64,000 bases of DNA, taken from Candidatus Omnitrophica bacterium UBA6215. Its GTDB lineage: Bacteria; Omnitrophota; Gorgyraeia; Pluralincolimonadales; Pluralincolimonadaceae. The notes under the pieces are model-generated. The model was not told where the DNA came from and ran no database searches. It saw only the letters and a program-made list of their open reading frames with translations. The stretch covers positions 17,278 to 81,277 of the forward strand of contig DISH01000007.1 of NCBI GenBank assembly GCA_002421665.1, given 5' to 3'. Below, piece by piece: positions 20,160-28,706 of the stretch (positions are counted from its first letter, which is position 1; every line of letters begins with the position of its first letter). A program made the translations under genes and the position numbers.

Positions 20160-20678
20160 CTATATACCCTTTCCTGTATGGTCTATCGCCACTATAGCGG
20201 GAAAATCCTTGAGCTTCAACCTGTACACAGCTTCCGCCCCAAGGTCTTTATAAAGGACGGGCTTTGCCTCGGTTATCCTCTCGGACAAATATGCTCCTGC
20301 CCCGGCTATCGTAATGAAGTAGACCGCCTTAAATTTCTTTATGGCACGCCTTACGTCCTCCGAACGCGCGCCTTTACCTATCATACCCCTGAGCCCCGAC
20401 TTTAACAGGTGCGGGGTAAAAAGATCCATCCTGTTAGACGTGGTAGGACCGCATGAGCCTGCGGCTCTTCCTGGACAGGCGGGTGTAGGACCAGCATAAT
20501 ATAACGTCTGGCCTTTTATGATCGACGGGATTTTGCCGGAGCATATGGATTTAACGAACCTGAAGTGCGCCTGGTCACGGGCGGTATAGATATAACCGTT
20601 AAGCGACACTTCATCGCCCGCCTTAAGGCTTCTTATGGTCTTGTCCGTAAGCGGCAGGTGGATGGTCCTTACCTTCAT
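20160..20678 (-). CDS. fumB: Fumarate hydratase class I, beta subunit (Fe-S hydro-lyase, tartrate/fumarate family)
   Basis: Start placed at internal Met (MKVRTIHLPL...), giving an ATGA overlap with the fumA stop. C-terminal catalytic domain of two-subunit class I fumarase. Confidence 0.85.
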   Translation of the reverse strand: MKVRTIHLPLTDKTIRSLKAGDEVSLNGYIYTARDQAHFRFVKSICSGKIPSIIKGQTLYYAGPTPACPGRAAGSCGPTTSNRMDLFTPHLLKSGLRGMIGKGARSEDVRRAIKKFKAVYFITIAGAGAYLSERITEAKPVLYKDLGAEAVYRLKLKDFPAIVAIDHTGKGI

Positions 20679-21517
20679 ATGGTCTTCGACGCGCTCCTGG
20701 TCGCGTGGCATGATATGCTTACACAAACAGGCAGTCCGGCAATATGCGTAGGATAATCCTCTATATTTACGCCCAGGCAGGTAGCTCCTCCTCCAAAACC
20801 CATAGGGCCTATCCTGAGCGCATTTATGCGTTTTCTTAACGATCTCTCTATAGTGGCGATATGGGGTTTACGGCTAACTCGGCCGACGGGACGCAAAAGG
20901 GCTTCCTTAGCCAGGATGCAGGCCTTGTCCAGGGTCCCCCCTATCCCGACACCGATTATGTACGGAGGGCAAGCGTCAGCGCCCGCTTTCCTGACGGCTT
21001 CAACTACAAAATCTGATACCTCTTTCGCGCCGTGCGTGGGGTTGAACATCCTGATAGATGTCTTGTTCTCGCTTCCGAAGCCTTTCGGCATTACCGTTAT
21101 CTTCAGCCTGTCCCCGGGAACTATCCTGGTATGTATCACCGCCGGGGAATTATCGCAGGTATTCTTCCTGAGGAACGGATCGGAAACCACGGATTTGCGC
21201 AGGAATCCCTTCTTGTAACCCAAGCGCACACCGCCGTTGACCGCCTTCGAAAGATCCCCCCCGGTTATAATGACCTTTTGTCCGATAGCCAGGAATACCT
21301 CTGCCATGCCAGTATCCTGGCATATAGCTGTCTTTGAGCGCCCGGCCACCTCTGCGTTCTCAACGAGTATTCCGAGGACCCTTTTCGCTTTACCGGGTTT
21401 CTGCGCTTGATACGCTTTTTTAAGCGCCCTGAGGACGTCTTTGCGCAATACGAAATTAGCTTCCATGGACAGGGCAGATACCGCGGACTCTATCTTCTTT
21501 ACGCTTATCTTCCTCAT
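20675..21517 (-). CDS. fumA: Fumarate hydratase class I, alpha subunit
   Basis: 280 aa with the N-terminal Fe-S-binding domain of class I fumarase (Cys ligands CQDTG..., ...CPPY..., ...CHATRS). Confidence 0.85.
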   Translation of the reverse strand: MRKISVKKIESAVSALSMEANFVLRKDVLRALKKAYQAQKPGKAKRVLGILVENAEVAGRSKTAICQDTGMAEVFLAIGQKVIITGGDLSKAVNGGVRLGYKKGFLRKSVVSDPFLRKNTCDNSPAVIHTRIVPGDRLKITVMPKGFGSENKTSIRMFNPTHGAKEVSDFVVEAVRKAGADACPPYIIGVGIGGTLDKACILAKEALLRPVGRVSRKPHIATIERSLRKRINALRIGPMGFGGGATCLGVNIEDYPTHIAGLPVCVSISCHATRSASKTI

Positions 21518-22224
21518 TTTATGCCTTCTATCTTATGCAGCTGGGGTATCACCCTGACATCTTTCAGTTTTTCCCGGGCCTTCTTCTGCCATTCCAATAT
21601 CCTCGCGTTGTCGGGCTTGCCCCTGAATTCCCCGAATTCAGACGCAGGCTGCAGGATAAACGGGATACTCCTGTCGATGCCCTCTACCAGGCCTATAGCC
21701 TTCTCCATATCGGCCCAATCCGTTTCATCTGTCACAACAACCTTAACGAACACGCTCCTGGCCCTGGCAATATCAAGGAACTTCGCGTGCTCCTCCCAAA
21801 AATGCTTGTCCTTCGTCGAGGACGGCAGCTTTATATCCATGGCGATCACATCCAATTCATTTATGATCTCGCAAAGCTTGTCCGGCAGGGTGCCGTTCGT
21901 ATCCAAGTGTATCCTGTAACCTCTGTCCCTGAGCGCCGGCAGCAGGCATTTCAGGAAATTCGAATGCAACAGGGGCTCTCCGCCCGTTATAGTTACTGCC
22001 CCCGCTTTCTTCTGCGGATTGGCATCTATTATCTTATCGACAACCGACCTTATTGAAGAATCTGCCGGGGCTTCGGATTGCGGGGTATCACAAAAAGTAC
22101 AGCGCATATTGCAACCATGGAAACGCACGAAGATATGTTCGTCGCCCGCATGTACGCCTTCCCCCTGGATAGAGAGGAATATTTCGGTGACCTTAGCAGT
22201 GGGTTGTTTGAATACTATCTTCAT
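21514..22224 (-). CDS. queE: 7-carboxy-7-deazaguanine synthase (radical SAM)
   Basis: Start at internal Met (MKIVFKQPTAKVTEIFLSIQGEG) with ATGA overlap on the queC stop. Radical SAM Cys triad CNMRCTFCDT. Confidence 0.85.
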   Translation of the reverse strand: MKIVFKQPTAKVTEIFLSIQGEGVHAGDEHIFVRFHGCNMRCTFCDTPQSEAPADSSIRSVVDKIIDANPQKKAGAVTITGGEPLLHSNFLKCLLPALRDRGYRIHLDTNGTLPDKLCEIINELDVIAMDIKLPSSTKDKHFWEEHAKFLDIARARSVFVKVVVTDETDWADMEKAIGLVEGIDRSIPFILQPASEFGEFRGKPDNARILEWQKKAREKLKDVRVIPQLHKIEGIK

Positions 22225-22904
22225 CTCTCGACCAAAGGATCCTTTACGCCCGCCTGGTTGAAACCTTTTGTCCTCAACGTGCACGAATCGCATTTAAGGC
22301 ACGGGCGCTTCCCGCCCGAATAGCACGACCATGTCAACTCGTGGGGAACGCCGAGCTTCCTGCCCAATTTTACTATCTCGGCTTTGGTCATGTTTATCAG
22401 CGGGGCGAGGACTTCCATCCTCCTTTTCTCTATACCCGCTTTCGTCCCGAACCTTATGAGCTCGTTGAATATCCTGTAATGGCGCGGCCTGCAATCGGGA
22501 TAGCCGCTGTAGTCAACCGCGTTCGCACCTATGAATACAGCAGAGGCGCCGATGGCTTCCGCGTAAGAAACGCCAAAACTCAGGAAGACCGTATTCCTTG
22601 AAGGCACATAGGTCGAAGGTATCTTCCTGCCTATGTGTCGTCCTTTAGGAACGGCCATCCTCTTGTCCAACAGCGCGCTGCCTTTCCACGGCATCCTGAA
22701 TGAGACTACTTCATACGGTACGCCGCGCACACGAGCTATCCTCTTGGCAAGCCTGATCTCTTTCTTATGCCTTTGCCCGTAATCAAAGATAAGGCATCGG
22801 CAGTCATACCCTATGTTCGCGGCGTAATAGAGGACCGTCGCGGAGTCCATCCCGCCCGAAAGCAGGACTACGGCCTTACGCGGAATCCTCGAACGGCCTT
22901 TCAT
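22221..22904 (-). CDS. queC: 7-cyano-7-deazaguanine synthase
   Basis: 227 aa, PP-loop SGGMDS and C-terminal Zn Cys cluster (CLKCDSC). Confidence 0.9.
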   Translation of the reverse strand: MKGRSRIPRKAVVLLSGGMDSATVLYYAANIGYDCRCLIFDYGQRHKKEIRLAKRIARVRGVPYEVVSFRMPWKGSALLDKRMAVPKGRHIGRKIPSTYVPSRNTVFLSFGVSYAEAIGASAVFIGANAVDYSGYPDCRPRHYRIFNELIRFGTKAGIEKRRMEVLAPLINMTKAEIVKLGRKLGVPHELTWSCYSGGKRPCLKCDSCTLRTKGFNQAGVKDPLVER

Positions 22905-23275
22905 TCAAAATATGACGCGCAGGAATCTTTGGTTTCCCACACGCTCACTTTCTTTATGGAGACCTTTGAAACGCTGCCGTTAAGCGATTGCTTCAGGCTC
23001 TTGTAGATATATTTCGCGATATTCTCTGCGGAAGGGTTCTCTTTCCTGAAAAAAACTATGCCGTTGAGGTCACGATGGTCCAAGGTCTCAAGCACCGCGC
23101 CTAATTTCTTTCTTAAGTCCTTGAAATCTATCGTGAGCCCGCCCGAATCAAGTTTTCTCGATGTCACAAAAACCTCGACATCCCAATTATGCCCATGCAG
23201 CGATTCGCACTTTCCCTTATATCCCTTCAGCCTGTGCGCGCCGCTGAAACCAGATCTTACCGATATCTCAAACAT
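22901..23275 (-). CDS. queD: 6-carboxy-5,6,7,8-tetrahydropterin synthase
   Basis: 124 aa, CxxHGH motif (CESLHGHNW) of the PTPS/QueD family. Confidence 0.9.
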   Translation of the reverse strand: MFEISVRSGFSGAHRLKGYKGKCESLHGHNWDVEVFVTSRKLDSGGLTIDFKDLRKKLGAVLETLDHRDLNGIVFFRKENPSAENIAKYIYKSLKQSLNGSVSKVSIKKVSVWETKDSCASYFE

Positions 23276-24068
23276 CCTTCACCTGTTCCGCCCTCTCTAT
23301 CTCCTTGCCGAGGAACTTCCTTGCAACCGAAAGGAACTTATCCGGGGAATCACTGACATAGAACTTCGCGCGACCGGTCCTCTTGCCCTGATATTTGGCC
23401 CCGCATTCTTCGAGAAGGTTCTTCGCCTCCTTTGCGGTCTCCTCCGCGGAATCGACAAGCCTGACGGAATCCCCGAGGGCCCTGCCGATCGCTTTTCTCA
23501 TAAGAGGGTAATGGGTGCAGCCCAGTATTATGGTATCGATACCCTTGCCCTTAAGCCCCGAGAGATATTTCCTTGCCACCGTGTCGACTATACCGTCGCC
23601 CGACCATCCTTCTTCTACCAACGGGACAAAAAGCGGGCAGCTTTTGCTAAAAACCTTTATCCCGGGGTTAACGGACTTTACTTCGCATTCATATGCCCTG
23701 CTCGCCACGGTAGCATGCGTGCCTATGACACCTATTCTGCCGTTCCTGGTCGAGCGTATGGCAGCCTTCGCCCCGGGCTTTATCACCCCTATTATGGGAA
23801 TACTGAAATACCTGCTCAGGAAAGGCAGGCCAATGGCTGAGGACGTATTGCAGGCTATAATTATCAGTTTGACGTTAAAATTCAAGAGAAAGAGGACGTT
23901 CTCTATGGAGAACTTCTTGATCGTAGCCTCGGACTTTGTCCCATAAGGGACACGCGCCGTGTCGCCGAAGTAAATTATATCCTCGTTCGGCATCTCTTTC
24001 ATCAGCTGTTTGACGACCGTCAACCCGCCGACGCCTGAATCAAAAACACCTATTGGCCTGTCATTCAT
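23268..24068 (-). CDS. murI: Glutamate racemase
   Basis: 266 aa, DSGVGGLTV and GCTHYP motifs. Confidence 0.9.
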   Translation of the reverse strand: MNDRPIGVFDSGVGGLTVVKQLMKEMPNEDIIYFGDTARVPYGTKSEATIKKFSIENVLFLLNFNVKLIIIACNTSSAIGLPFLSRYFSIPIIGVIKPGAKAAIRSTRNGRIGVIGTHATVASRAYECEVKSVNPGIKVFSKSCPLFVPLVEEGWSGDGIVDTVARKYLSGLKGKGIDTIILGCTHYPLMRKAIGRALGDSVRLVDSAEETAKEAKNLLEECGAKYQGKRTGRAKFYVSDSPDKFLSVARKFLGKEIERAEQVKDV

Positions 24069-25153
24069 TGTGTAAACCCATCCGTCGATTCATATATCTT
24101 CTTATAGTTCAGTATGCCCCTGGCGATAGCCGAAGCCACCGCGTCCCGGTAAGCGGAGCTCTTCAGGTTCTTCTCTTCCGAAATATTCGATATAAAACCC
24201 ACTTCGACCAGTACCGCCGGCATCTGGGCGCCTTTTAACACGCAAAACCGCGCGCTCTTTACGCCGCGGTTCTTTAAAGACGTGGATTCATCGACCGCCT
24301 TTGCTATGTGCCTGGCAAGCTCGATCGACTCCTGGCGGTTTTCCGTGTAAACAAGGTCCCACACCGTCGCCTCAAGATCGGTATTCCTGTGAAGGAATGA
24401 AGAATCGTCGAATTTAAGGAAAGAATCCTCTGCCGCCTGTACCGCACGCGCGTTGTCGTCTACGGCATCCGAAAGGTAATACACCTCAAAACCCCTCGCA
24501 CCTTTGAGCCTGGCGGAATTGGCATGTATGCTCACAAAAAAATCGACGTCGTTTTCGTTGGCTATCTGCGCGCGCCTCGCGAGGGGAATGAACTTATCCC
24601 TGTCGCGGGTCATTATACACTCAACTCCGTTTTCGCTAAGTTTACTCTTGACGCGTTTGGCAATATCAAGGACTATGTCTTTCTCCTTGAGCCCGGTCCT
24701 GCCTATGGCGCCAGGGTCATCACCGCCATGGCCCGGATCCAGGACTATTTTCCTTATAAGGTACTTCTGGGTTATAGGGGGCTGCGGTCCCTTGGTTATC
24801 CGGGGAGGCCCCAATATCACCCCTATCCTGTCTATTGCAAAATCGGCGGGTATGCAGACGGCCCCCTCATGGAAGGCCGCCGGGGAACTCATGCGTTCAG
24901 GCCTGCCGTTTACTACGGCATATTCCATTCCCAGGTAAAAAGAGAAAACCTTCCCTTCCTTAATGAGGGCGGCTCTCCTGGCTATAGGGTCCCACTCGCA
25001 ACCGGCCTTGTAGTAGTTGGCGATAAGCGCGAGAGGGATGTAATCCCTGCCGTCTATCCTAACGATACTTGAAGACAGGGCCCCTTTTAAAGATGTCCTC
25101 CTCGGTACGGTAGCGCAGCCGGCCGTAAACAAAAGGACGCCCGCCAAGGTCAA
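24065..25153 (-). CDS. N-acetylmuramoyl-L-alanine amidase (Amidase_3 family, AmiC-like with N-terminal targeting domain)
   Basis: 362 aa with signal/lipoprotein-like N-terminus and catalytic domain LDPGHGGDDPGA...HANSA...E. Confidence 0.85.
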   Translation of the reverse strand: MTLAGVLLFTAGCATVPRRTSLKGALSSSIVRIDGRDYIPLALIANYYKAGCEWDPIARRAALIKEGKVFSFYLGMEYAVVNGRPERMSSPAAFHEGAVCIPADFAIDRIGVILGPPRITKGPQPPITQKYLIRKIVLDPGHGGDDPGAIGRTGLKEKDIVLDIAKRVKSKLSENGVECIMTRDRDKFIPLARRAQIANENDVDFFVSIHANSARLKGARGFEVYYLSDAVDDNARAVQAAEDSFLKFDDSSFLHRNTDLEATVWDLVYTENRQESIELARHIAKAVDESTSLKNRGVKSARFCVLKGAQMPAVLVEVGFISNISEEKNLKSSAYRDAVASAIARGILNYKKIYESTDGFTQ

Positions 25154-25188
25154 TGCTATGATCTTTCTGATAGTATTCTCCCCATTAA

Positions 25189-25539
25189 TGGTGGAGGCGC
25201 GGGGATTCGAACCCCGGTCCTTAAGTCACTCGCTAAGAGCTCCTACGCGCGTTTCCTGCAATTTATCGTCTCGCCGATACGGTCGCGCAAGCAGGCCCGC
25301 TACCGTAAAGGCCAGCCTTTGTTGTATCTTGTCCCTTCCCCCCAAAGGCGAGAAGAAAGTGACCAGCCTGCTGCGGCGTCACATCCGGCCTCGCAGGCAA
25401 GACCGGAGGACGTGCTGCAATTAAGCAGCTAGCGCGAGTTCATTCGCGTTTAACTTTGTTGTCAGGTTTTAACGAGGCCACCTGACACCCTCGGCGCGCA
25501 ACCCTTAACCCGCTTCTTAAGTCGAAACCTTTCGCCCCC
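25189..25539 (-). ncRNA. ssrA: tmRNA (SsrA), ~351 nt
   Basis: Minus-strand RNA begins GGGGGCGAAAGGUUUCGAC and ends GGGGUUCGAAUCCCCGCGCCUCCACCA (tRNA-Ala-like acceptor with G3-U70 and T-arm). Internal tag ORF ends ...GCG AAU GAA CUC GCG CUA GCU GCU UAA (..ANELALAA*). Directly downstream of smpB. Confidence 0.85.
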
Positions 25540-25992
25540 TTATTCTTTTCCGCGTATCTCGCGCCTTAACTCCCTGTCGGAATCGCGGCGTTTGATATCT
25601 TCGCGTTTGTCATAGAGCTTCTTGCCCTGGGCCAGGGCCACTTCTACCTTCGCCATGCCTCTCTTGAAATATATCTTAAGGGGCACGAGCGTCAGCCCTT
25701 TCTGCGTAAGCCGCCCGAGTATCTTCCTTATCTCGGACTTATGCATAAGCAGCTTGCGCTTCCTCTTAGGCTCGGGGGCAAATCTCCCGGCCTGAGGATA
25801 AGGCGTTATATGCATATTATAAATAAATATCTCGTCTTCGTCTATCCTGGCGAAACTGTCCTTGAGGTTGGCCTTTTTGTCCCTCAACGACTTGACCTCG
25901 GACCCTTGAAGCACTATACCGGCCTCAAAAGACTCGAGGATATGATAATTGTGCCTGGCCTCCCTGTTTGTCGCAACCGTCTCGTCCGCCAT
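25540..25992 (-). CDS. smpB: SsrA-binding protein
   Basis: SmpB signature (TVATNREARHNYHILESFEAGIVLQGSEVKSLR...) and C-terminal basic tail. Start placed at internal Met (MADETV). Confidence 0.9.
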   Translation of the reverse strand: MADETVATNREARHNYHILESFEAGIVLQGSEVKSLRDKKANLKDSFARIDEDEIFIYNMHITPYPQAGRFAPEPKRKRKLLMHKSEIRKILGRLTQKGLTLVPLKIYFKRGMAKVEVALAQGKKLYDKREDIKRRDSDRELRREIRGKE

Positions 25993-26098
25993 TTTAGTCG
26001 GTAATAATATAACATATACGCTCAAAATAAGGCAACCTTTTTATGGTTGCAAATTCGGCCGATAATCGGTATAATTTACTAAGTTTTTAAAGAAAACC

Positions 26099-28126
26099 AT
26101 GGAAGATAACCTTAAGACATTCCTTTCGCTGGTCAAAGTCAACCGGTTCGAGGAAAGATATTCCAAAGATATTACCCCGGATACCTATTTCGGTTTTCCC
26201 CTGGAAAGTATAATACAGGCCGAAAAACGGCTTACTTCCCGGGAAGAACCCTCCGTAGGATATTTCTCTATGGAATACGGCTTGGGAACCAGCATATACA
26301 ACAGCTATAAGTCTTCCTCCCCGCTCTCCGAACCCAATACCCTTCCCAGGCAGAACATATTTTCCAATATGAGGATAAGGGACTACTATTTCCAATTCAG
26401 CATCGGAGAACGCATGATCGACCTGCCGATATACAGCGGAGGCCTCGGCGTCCTCGCGGGAGACAGCCTGAAATCCGCGGCGGACCTTAACGTCTCCCTG
26501 GCCGCGGTCGGTATTCTTTGGAGAAAGGGGTACTTCAAGCAGAATTTCTGGTTTAAGGACGGGCAGGTTCCCGAAGAACTTAATTGGGACCCCTACTCAT
26601 ATCCCGGCCTGATCCCCCTGGACACCGTCATAACCTTGCCTCTTAAAAACGGCGATCTGCTCCTTAGGCTGTGGAAATATTACGTATACAGCTATGACAA
26701 AAAACACACCGTTCCTCTTATACTTTTGGATTCGGACGTGGAAGGCAACCCGCCGGAATCGAGAGGTTTGACGGACCAGCTCTACAGGAGCGATAACTCA
26801 TACTTCAAGATAATGCAGAGGGTCATATTGGGTATCGGCGGCATCAAGGCCTTCGGGGCCCTCGGATATAATATACACAAGTATCACCTGAACGAGGGAC
26901 ATGCTGCAATGGCGCTTGTCGAGATGGCCGACTCGCTTGACAAAAGCAACCTTGCTTCGCTGGAGAACAATTTTGTCTATACCTGCCATACGCCTGTGGC
27001 TGCAGGACACGACCGTTTCCCGATAAAAGAACTCGAGAAGATACTGCCTGACGAAAATATAGACTTCATAAAGAAGAACGGCGCCGAAGACAGCACCGCT
27101 AACCTGACCGTCCTGCTCCTGAATTGCTGCAGGAGCGTAAACGCGGTCGCCAAGAAACACGGCGAGATCACGCGGCTGCAATTTCCCCAATTTGCGCCAA
27201 AGATACAATCTATAACCAACGGTATCCACATTCCCACCTGGATATCCGATGACATAGCGCAGCTTCTCGAAAAATACAGCAACAGGACCGGAACCTGCTC
27301 ATCAGGGCATATGGACCTTCTCGACCTCGAGAATCTAAGGGCAGATGAAAACTTCAGGGCGGACCTCTGGAAAGCCCATCAGGCCAATAAACGCAAGTTA
27401 TCGGAAATATTCGCGAACTGGGACATAAAAGATAACTGCTTTACATTGTGCTGGGCAAGAAGGATAGCGGCTTATAAGAGGCCAAGCCTGCTTTTTCAGG
27501 ACCCGAGACGCCTGGTTGAGATAGCCGAAAAATACGGCCCTATACAGATAATCATAGCCGGTAAGGCCCATCCGAACGACAGCCTTGTGGGAACATATAT
27601 CAACAACATAATGAACACGATAGATTCCCTGGGTTCGAAAGGTTCCGTCCTGAGGATAATAATGCTGGAAAACTATGACATCTTCTTCGGGAAGCTCCTT
27701 ACCAGCTCCGTAGACGTATGGTTGAACAATCCCCTCCCCCCGTTCGAGGCATCCGGGACAAGCGGGATGAAAGCAATACTCAACGGGGTCCTGCAATTGT
27801 CGACCCTCGACGGCTGGGTGGTAGAGGCAGCCGACGCATCCGAGAACCCCGACGCCAACATAGGTGAGATATTCGGCTACAGGCATAATAGCGGCGACCC
27901 TATCGGTAACGAGCTTGACCTGCGCCTCGATTCGGACTCGGCTCAGTTGTATGAAGCCCTTGAAAAGATGGTCAAGCTTTATTACGAGACGGATAAGAAC
28001 GGAAAAACAGATATCGGTTCAAAATGGATCGATATTATGTTAAACTGTATCAAACAAAGCCATTATTTCAACACGTGCAGGATGGTCGGTGAATACCGGG
28101 ACAGGATGTGGTTCGTAAAAGATTAG
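26099..28126 (+). CDS. glgP: Alpha-glucan phosphorylase (GT35; PLP-dependent, archaeal/short-type glycogen/maltodextrin phosphorylase)
   Basis: 675 aa with PLP-Lys motif EASGTSGMK and a phosphorylase core (GGLGVLAGD). Confidence 0.85.
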   Translation: MEDNLKTFLSLVKVNRFEERYSKDITPDTYFGFPLESIIQAEKRLTSREEPSVGYFSMEYGLGTSIYNSYKSSSPLSEPNTLPRQNIFSNMRIRDYYFQFSIGERMIDLPIYSGGLGVLAGDSLKSAADLNVSLAAVGILWRKGYFKQNFWFKDGQVPEELNWDPYSYPGLIPLDTVITLPLKNGDLLLRLWKYYVYSYDKKHTVPLILLDSDVEGNPPESRGLTDQLYRSDNSYFKIMQRVILGIGGIKAFGALGYNIHKYHLNEGHAAMALVEMADSLDKSNLASLENNFVYTCHTPVAAGHDRFPIKELEKILPDENIDFIKKNGAEDSTANLTVLLLNCCRSVNAVAKKHGEITRLQFPQFAPKIQSITNGIHIPTWISDDIAQLLEKYSNRTGTCSSGHMDLLDLENLRADENFRADLWKAHQANKRKLSEIFANWDIKDNCFTLCWARRIAAYKRPSLLFQDPRRLVEIAEKYGPIQIIIAGKAHPNDSLVGTYINNIMNTIDSLGSKGSVLRIIMLENYDIFFGKLLTSSVDVWLNNPLPPFEASGTSGMKAILNGVLQLSTLDGWVVEAADASENPDANIGEIFGYRHNSGDPIGNELDLRLDSDSAQLYEALEKMVKLYYETDKNGKTDIGSKWIDIMLNCIKQSHYFNTCRMVGEYRDRMWFVKD

Positions 28127-28235
28127 GCGGGCCGAAGTGGCGGAACTGGCATACGCGCTACGTTCAGGGCGTAGTGACCGTAAGGTCTTGAGAGTTCAAA
28201 TCTCTCCTTCGGCACCATAAAAAGGAGGCCGGAAG

Positions 28236-28706
28236 ATGGCTATACCCGCAAAGCTCAAGAAGTACCTGGACTCCAATAAGGTCAAATATAAAACCCTCAA
28301 ACACAAACTGGCATACACTGCCCAAGAGATAGCCGCAGCGCAGGAAGTCCCGGGAAAACAGGTCATAAAATCAGTCCTGGTAAAAACCGATAAAGGTTTT
28401 GCGCTCGCAGTCCTGCCGGCTATACACCTGATAGACCTGAAAAAACTCAAGTCCGCGCTCAAATGCAAATCCCTGAAGATCGCCACCGAAAAAGAGATGG
28501 AAAAGACCGTTCCCGATTATAAGCCGGGAGCTATGCCTCCATTCGGCGCCCTCTTCGGGCTCGATACCGTAGCGGACAAGATCCTCAAAGAAGACATAGA
28601 AATAGTATTTAACGGCGGCACTCATACCGACACGGTCAAGATGAAATATTCCGATTTCGAAAAACTCGCCGGGCCAAAAATCGCCGACTTCGGAAAACAC
28701 ATCTAG
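28236..28706 (+). CDS. YbaK/ProX-type aminoacyl-tRNA deacylase domain protein
   Basis: 156 aa YbaK/EbsC-like fold (...KSVLVKTDKGFALAVLP...GAMPPFG...). The next gene starts immediately at the stop. Confidence 0.65.
   Translation: MAIPAKLKKYLDSNKVKYKTLKHKLAYTAQEIAAAQEVPGKQVIKSVLVKTDKGFALAVLPAIHLIDLKKLKSALKCKSLKIATEKEMEKTVPDYKPGAMPPFGALFGLDTVADKILKEDIEIVFNGGTHTDTVKMKYSDFEKLAGPKIADFGKHI

Noticed and set aside
23268-23290. Possible preQ1 riboswitch ahead of queD
   Set aside because: murI overlaps the queD start by 8 nt, so there is no untranslated leader.
25158-25424. 88-aa ORF on plus strand
   Set aside because: Lies entirely within the tmRNA gene on the opposite strand. The RNA features (5' GGGGGCG, T-arm, CCA, tag frame) explain the region.
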